From NCBI GenBank assembly GCA_903926385.1, contig CAIYIS010000025.1, forward strand, positions 4,405 through 68,404: a stretch of DNA of 64,000 nt. Direction: 5' to 3'. The DNA comes from an uncultured Bacteroidota bacterium. GTDB lineage: Bacteria > Bacteroidota > Bacteroidia > 2-12-FULL-35-15. The notes below the pieces were generated by a model that searched no databases, was not told the origin of the DNA, and saw only the letters and a list, made by a program, of their open reading frames with translations. The translations under genes and the position numbers were made by a program. Below, one piece after another: positions 61,301 through 64,000 of this stretch; position 1 is the stretch's first letter; the number at the start of each line of letters is the position of its first letter.

Positions 61301-62386
61301 ATGAAGACAATAAATATTTTATTCATTGAAGACACCTTTGGTGATGTAGAATTAATCAAAAACGAATTAAGAAAAGCTCATGTACTTTTCGATAGTAGGT
61401 GGGTAGATTCAAAAGAGGAATTTATGTTTGAACTAGATGATTTTTCGCCAGATGTTATCATATGCGACTACTCTCTGCCCTGCTTCACAGGTATGGAATT
61501 ACTACTGATGTTTAAAGAGACTAAAAAGAATATACCTTTCATAATTGTTACAGGTAACTTAAGTGAACAGTTAGCTCTTGATTTTATTGAAGCGGGAGTG
61601 GATGATTTTATAGTTAAGTCGAGCTTTGGAAGAGTGCCTAATGCAATAAAAAAGGCCATTGAAAAGAAAGAAATAGAAAAAGAAAAAGAATTTATTGCAG
61701 CTGAATTAATGCAATCACAAATTCAATTACGGGCATTACTAAAGAATAATCAGGTGGTAAGAGAAGAAGAGCGTTCGAGTATTGCCTTGGAAATTCATGA
61801 CGAACTTGGACAACAACTGACCGCTTTAAAAATGGATATTGATTGGATTATGTACCATCAAAAAGACCCTGAATCGAACATGGTGAACAAACTTAAGGAG
61901 ATGATTAAATTGAATAACGATATTATCAATTCGGTCAGAAGAATTTCATTCTCTTTACGCCCTGCCATTATCGATGACCTAGGCTTACTAGCTGCTCTAG
62001 AATGGAAGTGTGCAGATTTCGAAGAAAAAACAGGGATTGTTTGCCATTTCAATTCAACCGTCAAAGAAAGGAAGTTTGATAAAAACTTCTCTATTTCAGC
62101 TTTTCGTATATTGCAAGAATCTTTGCATAATGTAACAAAACATGCTGCTGCGAAATCGGTGAGTGTTTCGTTAGAAGAAACTGATAAAGAGTTGTTGATG
62201 GAAATCTCAGACGATGGAATTGGTATTACGAATGACAAAATAAATAACAACAAAACTCTTGGTATTTTCGGAATGAAAGAGAGGGCCATGATGCTCGGTG
62301 GGAAATTGGTGGCAAAAGGGATTCAAAATAAAGGCACCAAAATAGAATTAGCATTACCATTCGAAGCTGAATTGAATAACAAATAA
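61301..62386 (+). CDS. Hybrid protein: N-terminal receiver domain fused to a NarX/DegS-type (HisKA_3) histidine kinase + HATPase
   Basis: REC domain (ILFIEDTFGDVEL...VIICDYSLP..FIIVTG). Coiled coil. H-box EEERSSIALEIHDELGQQLTAL. ATPase HNVTKHAAA....DDGIG. Confidence 0.7.
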   Translation: MKTINILFIEDTFGDVELIKNELRKAHVLFDSRWVDSKEEFMFELDDFSPDVIICDYSLPCFTGMELLLMFKETKKNIPFIIVTGNLSEQLALDFIEAGVDDFIVKSSFGRVPNAIKKAIEKKEIEKEKEFIAAELMQSQIQLRALLKNNQVVREEERSSIALEIHDELGQQLTALKMDIDWIMYHQKDPESNMVNKLKEMIKLNNDIINSVRRISFSLRPAIIDDLGLLAALEWKCADFEEKTGIVCHFNSTVKERKFDKNFSISAFRILQESLHNVTKHAAAKSVSVSLEETDKELLMEISDDGIGITNDKINNNKTLGIFGMKERAMMLGGKLVAKGIQNKGTKIELALPFEAELNNK

Positions 62387-62461
62387 CTTATCCGTTTACT
62401 AATTGAAAGTAAACTCATATAAGAACCTTAAAACTAAAACAAACAGTAAAATTATTCAATT

Positions 62462-63088
62462 ATGAATATTTTGTTAGTGGATGACCACGAATTAATAAGA
62501 AATGGAATAGCACGAATTATTTCGGAAGAATTTCCGTTCTCTACTTTAGTGGAAGTTGGTAATGGAAATTCGGCAGAGAGACTTGCAAGAGCAGATAAAT
62601 TCGATATAATTATCATGGATATTTCAATGCCCGACAAAAATGGACTTGATGTTTTAAAGCAACTTAGGTCAGAATCTAATAAAACTCCTATTCTCATTCT
62701 TAGTATTCATCCCGAAAACCAATATGCTTTACGTTCATTACGTGCGGGAGGCAATGGTTATCTTACCAAAAACTGTGGCAGAACCGACTTAGTAAACGCA
62801 ATTAATACGGTGGTAAAAGGTCGAAAATTCATCAGCCCGGAAGTGGCTGAAAAACTTGTTTCTGTATTTGATAATACAGTAGAAAAGGAACAGCATGAAC
62901 TTGTTTCTGATCGAGAACTTCAGGTACTTAAACTAATCGCATCCGGAAAAACGGTTTCTGAAATAGCAAATGAACTCACATTAAGTGTCGCCACCATCAG
63001 TACTTATCGGGCAAGGCTAAAAGAAAAAATGAACATGAAGAATAATGCCGAACTGACTACATATGCAATAAACAACCACTTGGTGTGA
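62462..63088 (+). CDS. NarL/FixJ-family response regulator (REC + LuxR HTH)
   Basis: MNILLVDDHELIRNGI...IIMDISMPDKNGL. HTH SDRELQVLKLIASGKTVSEIANELTLSVATISTYRARLKEKM. Confidence 0.85.
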   Translation: MNILLVDDHELIRNGIARIISEEFPFSTLVEVGNGNSAERLARADKFDIIIMDISMPDKNGLDVLKQLRSESNKTPILILSIHPENQYALRSLRAGGNGYLTKNCGRTDLVNAINTVVKGRKFISPEVAEKLVSVFDNTVEKEQHELVSDRELQVLKLIASGKTVSEIANELTLSVATISTYRARLKEKMNMKNNAELTTYAINNHLV

Positions 63089-63175
63089 TTATCTCATAAG
63101 CCATCTAAATTCAAAAATAAGTAGTTCAGAAAATTAATCTCTGAAGTACTTTTTATTCTAATCTTCGGCATCCAA

Positions 63176-64000
63176 TTACAGTGTCCCTCTTTTCTCCTGC
63201 TCTCTTTCTATAGATTCGAATAATGCCTTGAAATTACCCGCTCCGAAACCTTTAGCTCCCATACGCTGGATTATTTCATAAAACAAAGTTGGACGGTCCT
63301 CAACAGGTTTTGTAAAAATCTGCAACAAATATCCTTCTTCATCAGCGTCTACAAGAATGGCAAGTTTTTCAATCTCGTTCATATCTTCATTCATCATCTC
63401 CATGTGCTTGCCCAAACGGTTAGGGATATCTTCGTAATAAGCATGAGGAGGTGCCGACAAGAATTCAACACCACGTGCGCGAAGTTCTTTTACAGTTTTA
63501 ATAATATCATCAGTAGCCACAGCTATGTGTTGTACTCCCGGGCCTTCATAAAAGTCAATATACTCTTCTATCTGCGATTTCTTTTTACCTACAGCAGGTT
63601 CGTTAATCGGGAATTTAATTCTTCCGTTTCCGTTACTCATTACTTTACTCATCAATGCAGAATATTCTGTAGTGATTTGTTTGTCGTCAAACGAAAGGAA
63701 GTTTACAAAACCCATCACTTCCTCATACCATTTCACCCATTGGTTCATTTCTCCCCAGCCTACATTACCTACCATGTGGTCAATAAATTTTAAACCAACA
63801 GGAGTTGGATTGTATTCCGATTTCCATGTTGTATAACCTGGCAAGAACACTCCTTTGTAGTTTTTGCGCTCCACAAAAATATGGACAGTTTCCCCGTAGG
63901 TATAAATTCCGGAACGAACAACTTCACCATGTTCATCTTTTTCTACAGTAGGTTCCATAAAAGGTTTAGCTCCTCTTTTCACCGTTTCTTCAAACGATTT
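63176..64000 (-). CDS. hppD: 4-hydroxyphenylpyruvate dioxygenase (C-terminal ~275 aa; N-terminus beyond window end)
   Basis: VOC-fold repeats, and C-terminus GFGAGNFKALFESIEREQEKRG. The frame remains open to position 64000, and the track ORF begins at a GTG. Confidence 0.8.
   Translation of the reverse strand, partial: KSFEETVKRGAKPFMEPTVEKDEHGEVVRSGIYTYGETVHIFVERKNYKGVFLPGYTTWKSEYNPTPVGLKFIDHMVGNVGWGEMNQWVKWYEEVMGFVNFLSFDDKQITTEYSALMSKVMSNGNGRIKFPINEPAVGKKKSQIEEYIDFYEGPGVQHIAVATDDIIKTVKELRARGVEFLSAPPHAYYEDIPNRLGKHMEMMNEDMNEIEKLAILVDADEEGYLLQIFTKPVEDRPTLFYEIIQRMGAKGFGAGNFKALFESIEREQEKRGTL

Overview
The window reads as an AT-rich Bacteroidota chromosome segment, with Bacteroidetes-type regulators, a LytS/LytTR system and a gliding/T9SS-style giant adhesin. 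Positions 1-5300 are the N-terminal ~1766 codons of a giant secreted repeat-adhesin gene on the minus strand. From about 5.65 kb to 19.26 kb there is an integrative mobilizable element. It carries a tyrosine integrase, two paralogous ArdC-like (DUF1738 + HExxH) genes, an XRE HTH regulator, and a mobilization operon (T4 coupling protein, relaxosome accessory protein, MOB_P-type relaxase). Its cargo includes a UbiA-family prenyltransferase, several unknown membrane proteins and an HExxH (ImmA-like) protein. The element ends at a tRNA-Met(CAT) 3'-half fragment preceded by three AGTGCGGA arm-type repeats. Chromosomal genes then follow: thiL; a beta-propeller LytS-type histidine kinase with its LytTR regulator; aspS; an ECF sigma/anti-sigma pair beside a truncated TonB-plug protein; S41 peptidase; a TPR histidine kinase with a second LytTR regulator; a heptosyltransferase; an M28 peptidase; cysS; the accC-accB-fabH-plsX-rpmF-yceD fatty-acid/ribosomal locus; PiT with its DUF47 partner; and a signalling island (PAS-PP2C phosphatase, two LuxR regulators, a PAS histidine kinase and a REC-HisKA_3 hybrid kinase). 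The window ends in a partial hppD. Non-coding signals that stand out are: (a) a ~280-bp array of ~14 TAYACTAGTCT sites at ~21-bp phase between pit and yceD; (b) a 35-bp exactly duplicated element with 9-bp repeats at 12-bp spacing (LytTR-site-like) at two loci; (c) two perfect 44-bp direct repeats inside the mobile element; (d) a cluster of CCCTTAG/CTAAGGG palindromic hairpins in a 740-bp divergent promoter region. No CRISPR-cas locus, rRNA gene or intact tRNA gene was recognised.
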